This document shows, in pieces, positions 27,393-37,228 of a stretch of DNA of 64,000 nt. How positions within the stretch are numbered: position 1 is the stretch's first letter; each line of letters starts with the position of its first letter. The notes under the pieces were generated by a model. It had not been told where the DNA came from and ran no database searches. It saw nothing but the letters and a program-made list of their open reading frames with translations. Origin of the DNA: Bacteroidales bacterium (lineage in GTDB: Bacteria > Bacteroidota > Bacteroidia > Bacteroidales > VadinHA17); assembly GCA_003142255.1 (NCBI GenBank), contig PLLO01000006.1, positions 211,419 to 275,418 on the forward strand, written 5' to 3'. Both the position numbers and the translations under genes were made by a program.

Positions 27393-28340
27393 ATGAAACA
27401 AAAATTATATATACTCGGAGTGGTTACGGCAATGATTACATCTGCCGGAGCAATATTCAAAGTGAACCATTGGCCTGCAGCAGGGATATTACTTGTTGCC
27501 GGAACCCTGATCCTTGTATTCATTTTCCTTCCGGCTGCGCTGATAAATAGTTACAAGGCAGAAGGAAATAAACAGAACAAGGTTCTTTATATAGTTACAT
27601 ATATTACATGTCTCGTCGTTTTTACTGCAATGCTTTTTAAAATAATGCATTGGCCATATGCCGGCCTGGGACTTGTGATTGCGCTCCCGTTCCCCTATGT
27701 TGTATTCCTTCCTGTATTCCTGGTGGTTACCTCGAAGAACAAGAATTTCAACATTTATAATACAGTATTTGTCCTGCTATTGCTTGCACTTAATTCAGTT
27801 TTTTCGGCTCTTCTTGCCCTGAATGTCTCGAAGGAGATCATAACTGATAGTTATAAACTCTCAAAGAATTACTGCATGGTCGAAGCAGCCATGGTCGATC
27901 TTCCGGTTGCTGGAGGGCAATCGGCTGTTAATATGAAAATTGATGAGGTTCTTAAAATTGCATATGATTACCAGGATCTTTTATTAAAATATGAAGGGAT
28001 AACCCGTGAACAATGGAAGGAGAATCCGGGAAATTTACTTGATGCCGAATCCGTAAACACGCCTATGGTTATTTTGACGGGTAACGGGGAGTCATATCCG
28101 GGAGACAAGCTTCAGGCGGCTCTTCAGGAACTTTTTGCTCAGATGGAACAAAGCAAGGGATATGAAGCGACAGCAAAAGCGCTGCCTTCAATTCTGGGGT
28201 TTGCAGGTGAGAATGGGAAGGACCCGGACTGGACCATCAGGAATGTGGCAGTCACCAATTTTTCCTGGATACTTATTTACCTCGACGGCCTTGAGACCAA
28301 CCTGAAAATGATAAAAGCTTCAGCGGTCTCGGTATTATAG
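27393..28340 (+). CDS. membrane protein: 2 GldL-like TM hairpins + GldM-like TM and D1 domain
   Basis: FKVNHWP (K23) and FKIMHWP (K83); LALNVSKEII at aa 141-150 matches the GldM/PorM motif MLAxNVSKEV. Confidence 0.82.
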   Translation: MKQKLYILGVVTAMITSAGAIFKVNHWPAAGILLVAGTLILVFIFLPAALINSYKAEGNKQNKVLYIVTYITCLVVFTAMLFKIMHWPYAGLGLVIALPFPYVVFLPVFLVVTSKNKNFNIYNTVFVLLLLALNSVFSALLALNVSKEIITDSYKLSKNYCMVEAAMVDLPVAGGQSAVNMKIDEVLKIAYDYQDLLLKYEGITREQWKENPGNLLDAESVNTPMVILTGNGESYPGDKLQAALQELFAQMEQSKGYEATAKALPSILGFAGENGKDPDWTIRNVAVTNFSWILIYLDGLETNLKMIKASAVSVL

Positions 28341-28478
28341 AGATGCCCGGCATTAAGGCTGAACCTGATTATGTCTTTCCTGTTATTTGGTCGAAATAGA
28401 AGTTCTGTCTAACAGGGATAATTTCCTTAAAGTAAGGGAATGTATTTGTCACGCCGGCACAAATAAAAACAATCTTAT

Positions 28479-28508
28479 TTTGCTATTAATTAAAATTGAT
28501 TATTTTTG
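28479..28508 (+). promoter_or_regulatory. trp operon promoter
   Basis: TTTG 28479-28482, N18, TATTTTTG 28501-28508. Confidence 0.55.
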
Positions 28509-28515
28509 CACACAG

Positions 28516-28587
28516 ATGGAAATGAAAATGGAAGTAAAATATACGAATTGGTGTTGGCAGCTTGTTATATTTCACAAAAAAATGTGA
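28516..28587 (+). CDS. trpL: trp leader peptide (MEMKMEVKYTNWCWQLVIFHKKM)
   Basis: Short ORF right after the promoter with TGG-TGT-TGG (W-C-W) at 28549-28557, upstream of a terminator and trpE; alternative ATGs at 28522 and 28528. Confidence 0.65.
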   Translation: MEMKMEVKYTNWCWQLVIFHKKM

Positions 28588-28626
28588 GACTATCAGCTAA
28601 TCGTATATAATACTTAAAAATATTAA

Positions 28627-28666
28627 AAAACGGCCTGTCGTTCTCACGACAGGCCGTTTTAATTTT
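28627..28666 (+). terminator. attenuator-type terminator upstream of trpE
   Basis: Perfect 15-bp stem AAAACGGCCTGTCGT-TCTC-ACGACAGGCCGTTTT followed by AATTTT. Confidence 0.75.
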
Positions 28667-28674
28667 CGGCAAAA

Positions 28675-30099
28675 ATGAACCCTGGTAAGATGAAAAAGAT
28701 CGTTGTAAAAACAAAAGCTGTCAAATTACTTTCGGATACTATTACTCCGGTAAGTATATATCTGAAAATAAGAGATATATATCCAAATTCCCTTCTTCTT
28801 GAAAGTTCCGATTATCATGGTAACGAAAACAGTTATTCCTATATCTGCATTAAACCGCTTGTTACAATTGAGGCAAACAACGGGAATATTACTGAAATAT
28901 ATCCTGACGGGTCAATTATCAACACTCCTGTTTCGGGGCCTGATATTTTCAATTTAAGGTTCAGCGAATTCCTTGGATCTTTTGAACAGTCAGATACAGA
29001 TGAAGAGATCCCTGTGAACGGACTTTTCGGTTATACCTCTTATGATGCTGTAAAATATTTCGAGAAAATAAGCCTGACAGCAAAACCTGATGAGGCAGCG
29101 AAAATTCCTGATCTCCATTATTCCTTTTATAATTATATTATTGCTATAAACCATTTCCAGAATATTCTTTACATTATTGAAAATAAGATCGATGATGGTG
29201 AAGGAGAGATAGAAAAGATCAGATCACTTCTGTTCAGCAGAAATATAGCGGTTTATTCATTCAGACCCGGGGAAACTGAAAATCAAAATATGTCTGATAT
29301 GGAATTCAGGGCCATTGTTGCAAAAGGTAAGGAACACTGTTACAGGGGCGATGTATTCCAGGTCGTATTCTCCCGCCGGTTTTCCCGTGATTTTAAAGGT
29401 GATGAGTTTAATGTTTACCGGGCATTGCGCTCTGTTAATCCTTCCCCATATTTATTTTATTTTGATTATGGGAACTACAAAATATTCGGGTCATCACCCG
29501 AGGCTCATCTGAAAATCAATAAATCAAAAGCCAGCATCAATCCGATAGCCGGGACTTTCAGGCGTACCGGAGATGACGAGAAAGATAAAATCCTGGCGCA
29601 GCAGCTCTCATCCGATCTTAAAGAAAATGCAGAACATGTAATGCTGGTCGACCTTGCACGGAACGACCTGAGCCGCCATGCTAAAAATGTGAAAGTTGAG
29701 AGCTTCAGGGAAGTACAGTTCTATTCTCATGTCATCCACCTTGTATCTGCTGTCTCCGGTGAGTTGAAAAAAAACTCATCAGTTACCGATATGATGACTT
29801 CAACTTTTCCTGCCGGTACCCTGACAGGTGCGCCTAAATACAAAGCCATGCAGCTGATTGACAAATATGAACCCCGGCAACGCGGATATTATGGAGGAGC
29901 AATCGGTTTCATGGATTTCAGAGGTCAGTTTAACCATGCAATAATGATACGTACATTTCTCAGTAAAGGTAACAGGCTCTATTACCAGGCAGGTGCCGGC
30001 ATTGTGGCTGTATCAGACGAGGAAAATGAACTGCAGGAGGTCAATAACAAGCTTGGGGCCCTGCGGAAGGCAATAGAAATGGCTAAGGAAATTAATTGA
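28675..30099 (+). CDS. trpE: anthranilate synthase component I
   Basis: LLESSDYHG, NPSPY, GSSPE, KENAEHVMLVDLARND, TGAPK; alternative start 28690. Confidence 0.95.
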   Translation: MNPGKMKKIVVKTKAVKLLSDTITPVSIYLKIRDIYPNSLLLESSDYHGNENSYSYICIKPLVTIEANNGNITEIYPDGSIINTPVSGPDIFNLRFSEFLGSFEQSDTDEEIPVNGLFGYTSYDAVKYFEKISLTAKPDEAAKIPDLHYSFYNYIIAINHFQNILYIIENKIDDGEGEIEKIRSLLFSRNIAVYSFRPGETENQNMSDMEFRAIVAKGKEHCYRGDVFQVVFSRRFSRDFKGDEFNVYRALRSVNPSPYLFYFDYGNYKIFGSSPEAHLKINKSKASINPIAGTFRRTGDDEKDKILAQQLSSDLKENAEHVMLVDLARNDLSRHAKNVKVESFREVQFYSHVIHLVSAVSGELKKNSSVTDMMTSTFPAGTLTGAPKYKAMQLIDKYEPRQRGYYGGAIGFMDFRGQFNHAIMIRTFLSKGNRLYYQAGAGIVAVSDEENELQEVNNKLGALRKAIEMAKEIN

Positions 30100-30118
30100 T
30101 TAAATAAATTACATAAGG

Positions 30119-30691
30119 ATGAAAAAGATACTTGTAATTGACAATTATGATTCTTTCACATATAATCTTGTTCAGTATATTGAAAATCTCACAGGTACTG
30201 AACCTGCAGTATTTCGTAATGATGAAATACAACTCGATGAGGTTGGATACTATGATAAAATACTTCTGTCTCCGGGCCCGGGTATTCCTGTCGAGGCAGG
30301 CATCTGTCTCGATCTGGTAAAAAGGTATTCTTCCGAAAAAAGCATCCTCGGCGTTTGCCTGGGCCACCAGGCCATTGGTGAAGCTTTTGGAGCAAATCTT
30401 ATTAATCTCAAGGTGGTTTACCATGGACAGGCAACCCAGATGATTGTGCTTGATAATCAGGATCTTCTGTTTAAAGATATACCAGTAACATTTAAAGCAG
30501 GACGATACCATTCATGGGTTGTGTCAAATATTAATCTCCCGGATTGTCTTAAGGTTACCTGTATTGATAATGACCAGATGATAATGGCCCTCAGGCATAG
30601 AGAATATAATGTATATGGGGTCCAGTTCCATCCGGAATCAGTACTTACAGAATATGGTATCGCTATCATTAAAAACTGGATTGAGGGATAG
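30119..30691 (+). CDS. trpG: anthranilate synthase component II (glutamine amidotransferase)
   Basis: IDNYDSFTYN, SPGPG, GVCLGHQ, QFHPES. Confidence 0.95.
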   Translation: MKKILVIDNYDSFTYNLVQYIENLTGTEPAVFRNDEIQLDEVGYYDKILLSPGPGIPVEAGICLDLVKRYSSEKSILGVCLGHQAIGEAFGANLINLKVVYHGQATQMIVLDNQDLLFKDIPVTFKAGRYHSWVVSNINLPDCLKVTCIDNDQMIMALRHREYNVYGVQFHPESVLTEYGIAIIKNWIEG

Positions 30692-30727
30692 AGATATCAG
30701 TCAGATTAATTTAAAATATTTTTTATT

Positions 30728-31723
30728 ATGCGTGAAATACTGAACCATCTTTTTGAGCACAAGACACTTGACCGCACGGAAGCAGAAAACGTTCTTACAA
30801 ATATTTCGAAAGGCATTTATTCAGAATCAGAGATAGCAGCATTCCTGACAGTTTACCTGATGAGGAGTATAACAGTTGAAGAATTAACCGGCTTCCGGGA
30901 TGCCTTGCTGAATCTTTGCATCCGTGTCGACCTTGGAGAATTTGATACAATAGATGTATGCGGAACCGGAGGAGATGGGAAAGAAACATTTAATATCTCC
31001 ACGACTGCTACCTTTATTCTGGCAGGTGCAGGTGCAAAAGTAGCCAAACACGGCAATTACGGTGTAACTTCCGCTTGTGGTTCATCCAATATTCTTGAGC
31101 ATCTGGGCTACAGGTTTTCAACTGACACTGATAAGCTGCGTAAAGAGATTGATAAAGCAGGAGTCTGCTTTTTACATGCCCCGTTATTTAATCCCGCAAT
31201 GAAAAATGTTGCTCCGGTACGAAGGGCTTTAAAAATAAAGACATTCTTCAATATGCTCGGACCTATAGTGAATCCTTCATTTCCGAAAAAGCAGTTTATA
31301 GGGGTTAACAGTCTTGAACTGGCCAGACTCTATAATTACCTCTATCAGCAGTCAGATAATCCTTATGCCATTATCCATACTATAGATGGTTATGATGAGA
31401 TTTCCCTGACCACCGACTTCAAATATATTCATAACGGGATCGAAGAAATTCTGTCTCCTGAAAGCCTTGGTTATAGTACGATCCAACCCTCAGATATTAA
31501 AGGAGGAGCCAATGTTCAGGAAGCGGCAGATATTTTTATCGGAATATTGCAGAGAAAAGGAACGCCGGCCAGGAACGAAGTAGTTATTGCAAATTCACAG
31601 ATAGCCCTGATGTGTTATTTCCCGGCACTTTCCCCGGATGACTGCAGAGGCATGGCTGAAGATTCTCTGTATGGCGGAAAAGCATACAAATCATTGATTA
31701 AGTTATTAGAGGTTCAAAAATGA
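30728..31723 (+). CDS. trpD: anthranilate phosphoribosyltransferase
   Basis: DVCGTGGDG, FNIST, KHGN, FNMLGP. Confidence 0.95.
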   Translation: MREILNHLFEHKTLDRTEAENVLTNISKGIYSESEIAAFLTVYLMRSITVEELTGFRDALLNLCIRVDLGEFDTIDVCGTGGDGKETFNISTTATFILAGAGAKVAKHGNYGVTSACGSSNILEHLGYRFSTDTDKLRKEIDKAGVCFLHAPLFNPAMKNVAPVRRALKIKTFFNMLGPIVNPSFPKKQFIGVNSLELARLYNYLYQQSDNPYAIIHTIDGYDEISLTTDFKYIHNGIEEILSPESLGYSTIQPSDIKGGANVQEAADIFIGILQRKGTPARNEVVIANSQIALMCYFPALSPDDCRGMAEDSLYGGKAYKSLIKLLEVQK

Positions 31724-32502
31724 ATATCCTTAAAGAGATAATTGAAAATAAGAAAAGGGAACTTGCAGAGACCATCAGGCTGACTCCTGTCAGCAGGCTG
31801 GAAAAAAGCCCCATGTTCCGGAGGCAGGTTGTACCGCTTGCAGAATATCTGATGGATCCGGCCAGGACAGGAATTATAGCAGAATTTAAAAGGAAGTCAC
31901 CTTCCAAAGGTATATTTAATGATACTGCTGATCCTGAAAAAATAATTTCAGGCTATTCGCGGTATGGTGCATCAGGAGTCTCTGTCCTGACCGAACAGAG
32001 ATACTTCGGGGGAGTAAACTCTGATCTTTCAGTTTCACGCGAGGTATGCAGTGTTCCCATGCTTCGCAAGGATTTTATCATTGATGAATATCAGATTATT
32101 GAAGCCAGGGCAATCGGGGCTGATGCGATCCTTCTTATTGCTGCTGTCCTCAGTGAAAAGCAGGTTTTCAGGCTTGCCCGTTTTGCACACTCTCTTGGAT
32201 TGCAGGTACTTCTGGAGATCCATAACAGGAGTGAAGCCGGAATAATAAATGAGTATGTCAATGTTGCCGGCGTAAATAATCGCGATCTTCAGACTTTCGC
32301 TGCAAATACTGATACTTCAGTTGAGCTGGCAGATGCTCTTCCCGCGAATCTTGTCAGAATATCAGAAAGCGGAATATCAACACCTGAAATTATAAAGAAG
32401 CTCAGGGATGCCGGGTACCATGGTTTTCTCATTGGTGAGAAGTTTATGTGCACACCTGATCCGGTAAAGGCATTTTCTGAATTTGTTAAATTAATTAAAT
32501 GA
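31720..32502 (+). CDS. trpC: indole-3-glycerol phosphate synthase
   Basis: IIAEFKRKSPSKG, SVLTE, LRKDFII, GVNNRDL, SESGI. Confidence 0.95.
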   Translation: MNILKEIIENKKRELAETIRLTPVSRLEKSPMFRRQVVPLAEYLMDPARTGIIAEFKRKSPSKGIFNDTADPEKIISGYSRYGASGVSVLTEQRYFGGVNSDLSVSREVCSVPMLRKDFIIDEYQIIEARAIGADAILLIAAVLSEKQVFRLARFAHSLGLQVLLEIHNRSEAGIINEYVNVAGVNNRDLQTFAANTDTSVELADALPANLVRISESGISTPEIIKKLRDAGYHGFLIGEKFMCTPDPVKAFSEFVKLIK

Positions 32503-32506
32503 AACC

Positions 32507-33142
32507 ATGGTCAGAATTAAGGTATGCGGGATGTGCAATCCTTTGAACGTAAAAGAAATATCTAAAACCAATCCTGATTTCATGGGTTTTATCTTTTACC
32601 CGGGGTCTCCAAGGTACATGGGTGCCAACCCTGACAAATCTATTTTCCATAACGTTCCTCCCGGCATTAAAAGGATAGGAGTTTTTGTAAATGAAGATAA
32701 TGATAAGATACTTGATTTATCAATCAATTACGTCCTTGATATGGTACAGTTGCATGGCAATGAATCACCGTTATCCTGTTTCCAGTTGAAATCATCGGGA
32801 CTGATAATCATAAAGACATTCAATATTGATGATGATTTTAATTTTGAAATTCTTAAACCATATATGGTAGGATGTGATTATTTCTTATTTGATACAAAAA
32901 CCAAAAAGACCGGAGGGAGCGGCAAAAAATTCAACTGGGATAAACTAGCGGAGTATGGCCTTGATAAACCTTTTTTCCTCAGCGGCGGTATTGGACCTGA
33001 AGATACTGATTTAATAAAGAGTATTGAAAGCAGGGAATTCTTTGCAGTCGATATTAACAGTCGTTTTGAGTCATCCCCAGGAATAAAGAATGTTTCCCTG
33101 GTAAAAACATTTATTGATAATATCAAAAATAATCAGATATGA
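32507..33142 (+). CDS. trpF: phosphoribosylanthranilate isomerase
   Basis: IKVCGM, VQLHGNES, GGSGKKFNW, LSGGI, DINSRFE. Confidence 0.95.
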   Translation: MVRIKVCGMCNPLNVKEISKTNPDFMGFIFYPGSPRYMGANPDKSIFHNVPPGIKRIGVFVNEDNDKILDLSINYVLDMVQLHGNESPLSCFQLKSSGLIIIKTFNIDDDFNFEILKPYMVGCDYFLFDTKTKKTGGSGKKFNWDKLAEYGLDKPFFLSGGIGPEDTDLIKSIESREFFAVDINSRFESSPGIKNVSLVKTFIDNIKNNQI

Positions 33143-33247
33143 AACCCATATGTATTTAAATACACAAACACAATATTATAATAAGCTGCATGTGGGTTCT
33201 CTGCCCGATGGGTCAGACGGGCTCATTCCATCAAAACAAATTATTAT

Positions 33248-34450
33248 ATGATGAAATTTAATGTTGACGAACGTGGTTATTATGGGGAATATGGAGGAGC
33301 ATATATCCCGGAAATGATGTATCCTAACGTAAAAGAGCTGCAGGATAATTATCTTAAAATACTTGATGATGAGATTTTCAGGAAAGAATTCTCATTGCTT
33401 CTAAGGGATTATGCAGGAAGACCATCACCTTTATATTATGCCGGCAGACTTTCGGCATATCATAATACGAATATTTACCTGAAAAGGGAGGACCTTAACC
33501 ATACAGGAGCACATAAGATCAATAATACTATCGGTCAAATACTTATAGCGAAAAGGCTTGGTAAAACAAGGATCATTGCGGAGACCGGAGCAGGACAGCA
33601 TGGTGTAGCAACTGCAACTGTCTGCGCGTTGATGGGCCTCAAATGTTTTGTATATATGGGGAAGCTTGATGTGGAAAGACAGGCTCCGAATGTACTGCGG
33701 ATGAAAATGCTTGGGGCTGAAGTAATCCCTGTGACAAGTGGTAATATGACCCTGAAAGATGCTGCAAATGAGGCAATACGTGACTGGATAAGTAATCCGG
33801 TTGATACACATTATATAATTGGCTCTGTTGTTGGACCTCATCCGTATCCAGACCTTGTGGCAAGACTTCAGTCAGTGATAAGCGAAGAGATAAAATGGCA
33901 GCTCACTGAACATATTGGGAAAGAAAATCCGGATTATATAATCGCTTGTGTGGGCGGCGGAAGCAACGCAGCCGGCTCTTTTTACCATTACCTTGATAAT
34001 GAAGATGTAAAGCTTGTGGCTGTCGAAGCTGCAGGAAAAGGCATCAACAGCGGAAAATCAGCTGCAACGATGGTACTCGGGTCTCCTGGCGTTATCCACG
34101 GCAGCAGGACAATTCTTATGCAGAATGAAGATGGCCAGATTACTGAACCCTACTCAGTTTCAGCAGGCCTCGATTACCCGGGCATAGGGCCATTATTTGC
34201 CTGGCTTTATAAAATGAAGAGAGTGACCTTCGATAATGCAACTGATACAGAGGCACTCGAGGCAGCATTTCTGCTGACCAGGCTTGAAGGTATTATCCCT
34301 GCGCTTGAATCAGCACATGCTCTGGCTATCCTGGGTAAAATGAAATTTAAAAAGGATGATATTGTTGTGGTTACAATTTCCGGACGCGGCGATAAGGACA
34401 TGGCTGCCTACATGAAATATCTCGGAGAATCAGATTATAAGAATATTTAA
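33248..34450 (+). CDS. trpB: tryptophan synthase beta chain
   Basis: LKREDLNHTGAHKINN, ETGAGQHG, CVGGGSNA, SAGLDYPG, SGRGDKD. Confidence 0.97.
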   Translation: MMKFNVDERGYYGEYGGAYIPEMMYPNVKELQDNYLKILDDEIFRKEFSLLLRDYAGRPSPLYYAGRLSAYHNTNIYLKREDLNHTGAHKINNTIGQILIAKRLGKTRIIAETGAGQHGVATATVCALMGLKCFVYMGKLDVERQAPNVLRMKMLGAEVIPVTSGNMTLKDAANEAIRDWISNPVDTHYIIGSVVGPHPYPDLVARLQSVISEEIKWQLTEHIGKENPDYIIACVGGGSNAAGSFYHYLDNEDVKLVAVEAAGKGINSGKSAATMVLGSPGVIHGSRTILMQNEDGQITEPYSVSAGLDYPGIGPLFAWLYKMKRVTFDNATDTEALEAAFLLTRLEGIIPALESAHALAILGKMKFKKDDIVVVTISGRGDKDMAAYMKYLGESDYKNI

Positions 34451-34469
34451 TCTTTTCAGGAAAATATAT

Positions 34470-35291
34470 ATGAATCGCATAGATAAATTATTTCAGAATC
34501 GCAGCGGGAAAATACTTTCAGTATATTTCACAGCCGGTTTTCCTTCCCTTCATTCAACTTCACAAATTATTGAAGCACTTGAAGCCGCAGGAGCAGACAT
34601 GATCGAAATCGGTATGCCATTCTCCGATCCTCTCGCCGACGGGCCTGTAATTCAAAACAGCAGCCGTCACGCATTAGATAATGGAATGAGCATAAATCTT
34701 CTGTTCAAACAATTAGCAGATATTCGTAAAAAAGTCAATGTTCCTCTGTTAATGATGGGATATATAAACCCGGTGCTTAAATTCGGGTTGGAGAACTTTT
34801 GCCGCCTTTGTTTTGAGACAGGCATTGACGGTGTCATCATCCCTGATATGCCTCCGGAACTTTTTTTGAAGGAATATTCTGTTTTCTTTGAATCATACGG
34901 TCTGTATAACATATTTCTGATAACACCACAATCAGATGATGGCCGAATCAAATATATCGATAAAATAAGCAGAGGATTCATTTATATGGTATCATCATCA
35001 ACTACTACAGGAGTCAAAAAAGGTTTTTCTGAAGATCACAGGTCCTATTTTAAAAGGATCAATAGTATGAACCTGAAAAATCCGAGGCTGATAGGATTTG
35101 GTATTTCCGATAATAAATCATTTGAAGTGGCTTGCGACGTGGCTCAGGGAGCAATCATTGGCAGTGCTTTTATCAGGATGCTTGGTGAAACCGGCAGCAG
35201 CAAGAATAATATCACTTCTTTCATAAGAAAAATCAGGGGAGGGAATAATACCGTAAGTGCCATGCCTCTGTTTTTCAAAAATATTTTATAA
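34470..35291 (+). CDS. trpA: tryptophan synthase alpha chain
   Basis: IEIGMPFSDPLADGPVIQ, MGYINP, IPDMP, GFGIS, IIGSA. Confidence 0.96.
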   Translation: MNRIDKLFQNRSGKILSVYFTAGFPSLHSTSQIIEALEAAGADMIEIGMPFSDPLADGPVIQNSSRHALDNGMSINLLFKQLADIRKKVNVPLLMMGYINPVLKFGLENFCRLCFETGIDGVIIPDMPPELFLKEYSVFFESYGLYNIFLITPQSDDGRIKYIDKISRGFIYMVSSSTTTGVKKGFSEDHRSYFKRINSMNLKNPRLIGFGISDNKSFEVACDVAQGAIIGSAFIRMLGETGSSKNNITSFIRKIRGGNNTVSAMPLFFKNIL

Positions 35292-35318
35292 ACGGATCTT
35301 TTTTATAAATCATTAAAG

Positions 35319-36089
35319 ATGAGGCGAATATTAAATAATGGAATGCCATCGAAGAAAGGAATAACTACTTTCACAAAAAAGATGATAACATCACTTTTCC
35401 CATTTACTGAAGGCGGAAAATGCAATCCGGACTCTTTTGTATCTCTCAGATTTCGGTTACTCAGGCTTTTGCGACCCATGAAAGAGAGGTTGCCGGATAC
35501 TCCGGGAAAGATCACAGCACTTTTTTTTGATTCTCTTGCAGATATCAGGGAACAATTGGAAAAGGATGCGGCATTGATTGCTGAAAGTGATCCTGCGGCA
35601 TCAGGTATAGAAGAAGTTGTCATGACATATCCCGGCTTTTATGCAATACTTGTTTACCGGCTGGCTAACAGACTTGCATTATCCGGAGTCCCTCTTATCC
35701 CTCGGGTAATGACTGAACATGCACATTCTCTCACGGGAATAGATATCCATCCTAAAGCAACAATTGATTCGCCATTCTTTATTGATCATGGCACCGGGAT
35801 AGTGATTGGAGAAACTGCGGTAATCGGCAGCAGGGTAAAGCTTTATCAGGGAGTGACAATAGGAGCCCTGAGTGTCAGCAAAGAGATGGCATGCACAAAA
35901 CGACACCCGACTATTGAAGATAATGTAATTATATATGCAGGAAGTACAATTCTTGGCGGGGATACGGTAATCGGACATGACAGTATCATAGGAGGCAATG
36001 TATGGCTCACAAAATCGATACCTCCATTCTCGCTTGTATATCATGAGAATATTATGAAAGTAAGAGAATTAGACAATAATTCTTTATAA
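35319..36089 (+). CDS. cysE: serine O-acetyltransferase
   Basis: DPAA, YPGFYAI, TGIDIHP, FIDHGTGIVIGET, KRHPTI hexapeptide region; exact start uncertain. Confidence 0.9.
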   Translation: MRRILNNGMPSKKGITTFTKKMITSLFPFTEGGKCNPDSFVSLRFRLLRLLRPMKERLPDTPGKITALFFDSLADIREQLEKDAALIAESDPAASGIEEVVMTYPGFYAILVYRLANRLALSGVPLIPRVMTEHAHSLTGIDIHPKATIDSPFFIDHGTGIVIGETAVIGSRVKLYQGVTIGALSVSKEMACTKRHPTIEDNVIIYAGSTILGGDTVIGHDSIIGGNVWLTKSIPPFSLVYHENIMKVRELDNNSL

Positions 36090-36134
36090 ACTTAGCACCT
36101 TTGACTTAAAGTACTAAAAACCAAATATTTAAAG

Positions 36135-37046
36135 ATGAAATACAAAAATGTTCTTGAGACAATAGGCAATACACCGCATATCCGTCTCTCAAAACTTTTT
36201 CCAGCTCATGAAGTCTGGTTAAAAGATGAACGGAGAAATCCGGGTGGCAGTATTAAAGACAGAATTGCACTTTCCATGATTGAAGATGCTGAGAACTCGG
36301 GAAGACTTAAGCCGGGAGGAGTGATAGTGGAACCTACATCAGGGAATACAGGAATAGGCCTTGCAATGGCCGGAGCCGTAAGAGGTTATAAGGTTATCCT
36401 GGTGATGCCAGATTCGATGAGCATCGAAAGGAGAAAGATATTGAAAGCTTATGGAGCTGAACTTGTGCTTACACCAAAAGATAAAGGTATGAAAGGCGCA
36501 ATAAGCAAAGCTGAAGAAATCCTGAATTCCACAACCGGAGCCTGGATGCCCATGCAGTTTGAAAACCCTTCCAATCCTGACATACATTCAAGGACAACAG
36601 CCCTGGAAATTATTGCAGATTTTCCTGAAGGACTCGATTATTTTGTTGCCGGTGTGGGTACAGGTGGTCATATAAGCGGTGCAGGGAGGATATTAAAGGA
36701 AAGATATCCCGGGATAAAAATTATTGCCGTGGAACCTTCAGCCTCTCCTGTTCTCAGCGGAGGCAATCCCGGACCTCATCCCATACAGGGTATCGGGGCA
36801 GGTTTTATTCCAAAGAATTTTAATCCTGAAATTGCTGACAGGATCATTAAGATTGATGGCAGGGATGCTTTGGCGATGGCTCGTTCAGCAGCATTGCACG
36901 AGGGAGTTCTGGCAGGGATATCAACAGGAGCATCTCTTCATGCTATATCATTGATAATAAACGAGGTTCCAAACAACAGCAGAATCCTGGCATTTGCCTA
37001 TGATACAGGAGAGAGGTATTTAAGTCTTCCTGATTTATGGAGTTGA
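36135..37046 (+). CDS. cysK: cysteine synthase A (O-acetylserine sulfhydrylase)
   Basis: NPGGSIKDR, EPTSGNTG, GVGTGG, PHPIQGIGAGF, DTGERYLS. Confidence 0.94.
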   Translation: MKYKNVLETIGNTPHIRLSKLFPAHEVWLKDERRNPGGSIKDRIALSMIEDAENSGRLKPGGVIVEPTSGNTGIGLAMAGAVRGYKVILVMPDSMSIERRKILKAYGAELVLTPKDKGMKGAISKAEEILNSTTGAWMPMQFENPSNPDIHSRTTALEIIADFPEGLDYFVAGVGTGGHISGAGRILKERYPGIKIIAVEPSASPVLSGGNPGPHPIQGIGAGFIPKNFNPEIADRIIKIDGRDALAMARSAALHEGVLAGISTGASLHAISLIINEVPNNSRILAFAYDTGERYLSLPDLWS

Positions 37047-37228
37047 TAATAGAAATTAGTAAAAAATAACATGTACCCTTGGACTTGGAACTTCAAGAAC
37101 TATTAAAGTCACCGATTCATTCAATGTACCGGTAAACGGACAAGTGATATTAAATCCTGACAGGAAACAGATGTATGTAGTGGTTGGATTTACACTGCAA
37201 TAATCCTTCCAGAATAATTCTTTTAAAT

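Noticed and set aside
25842-28340. Calling these genes canonical gldL/gldM
   Set aside because: They lack the GldL cytoplasmic domain, GldM D2-D4, the catalytic Glu and neighbouring gldK/gldN
28387-28515. 5' extension of the trp leader ORF to 66 aa
   Set aside because: The extension lies upstream of and across the predicted promoter; the leader should begin at 28516 or later
33200-33222. Alternative small hairpins between trpF and trpB
   Set aside because: Only 5-7 bp stems, no T-run and no leader ORF; too weak to call a regulatory element
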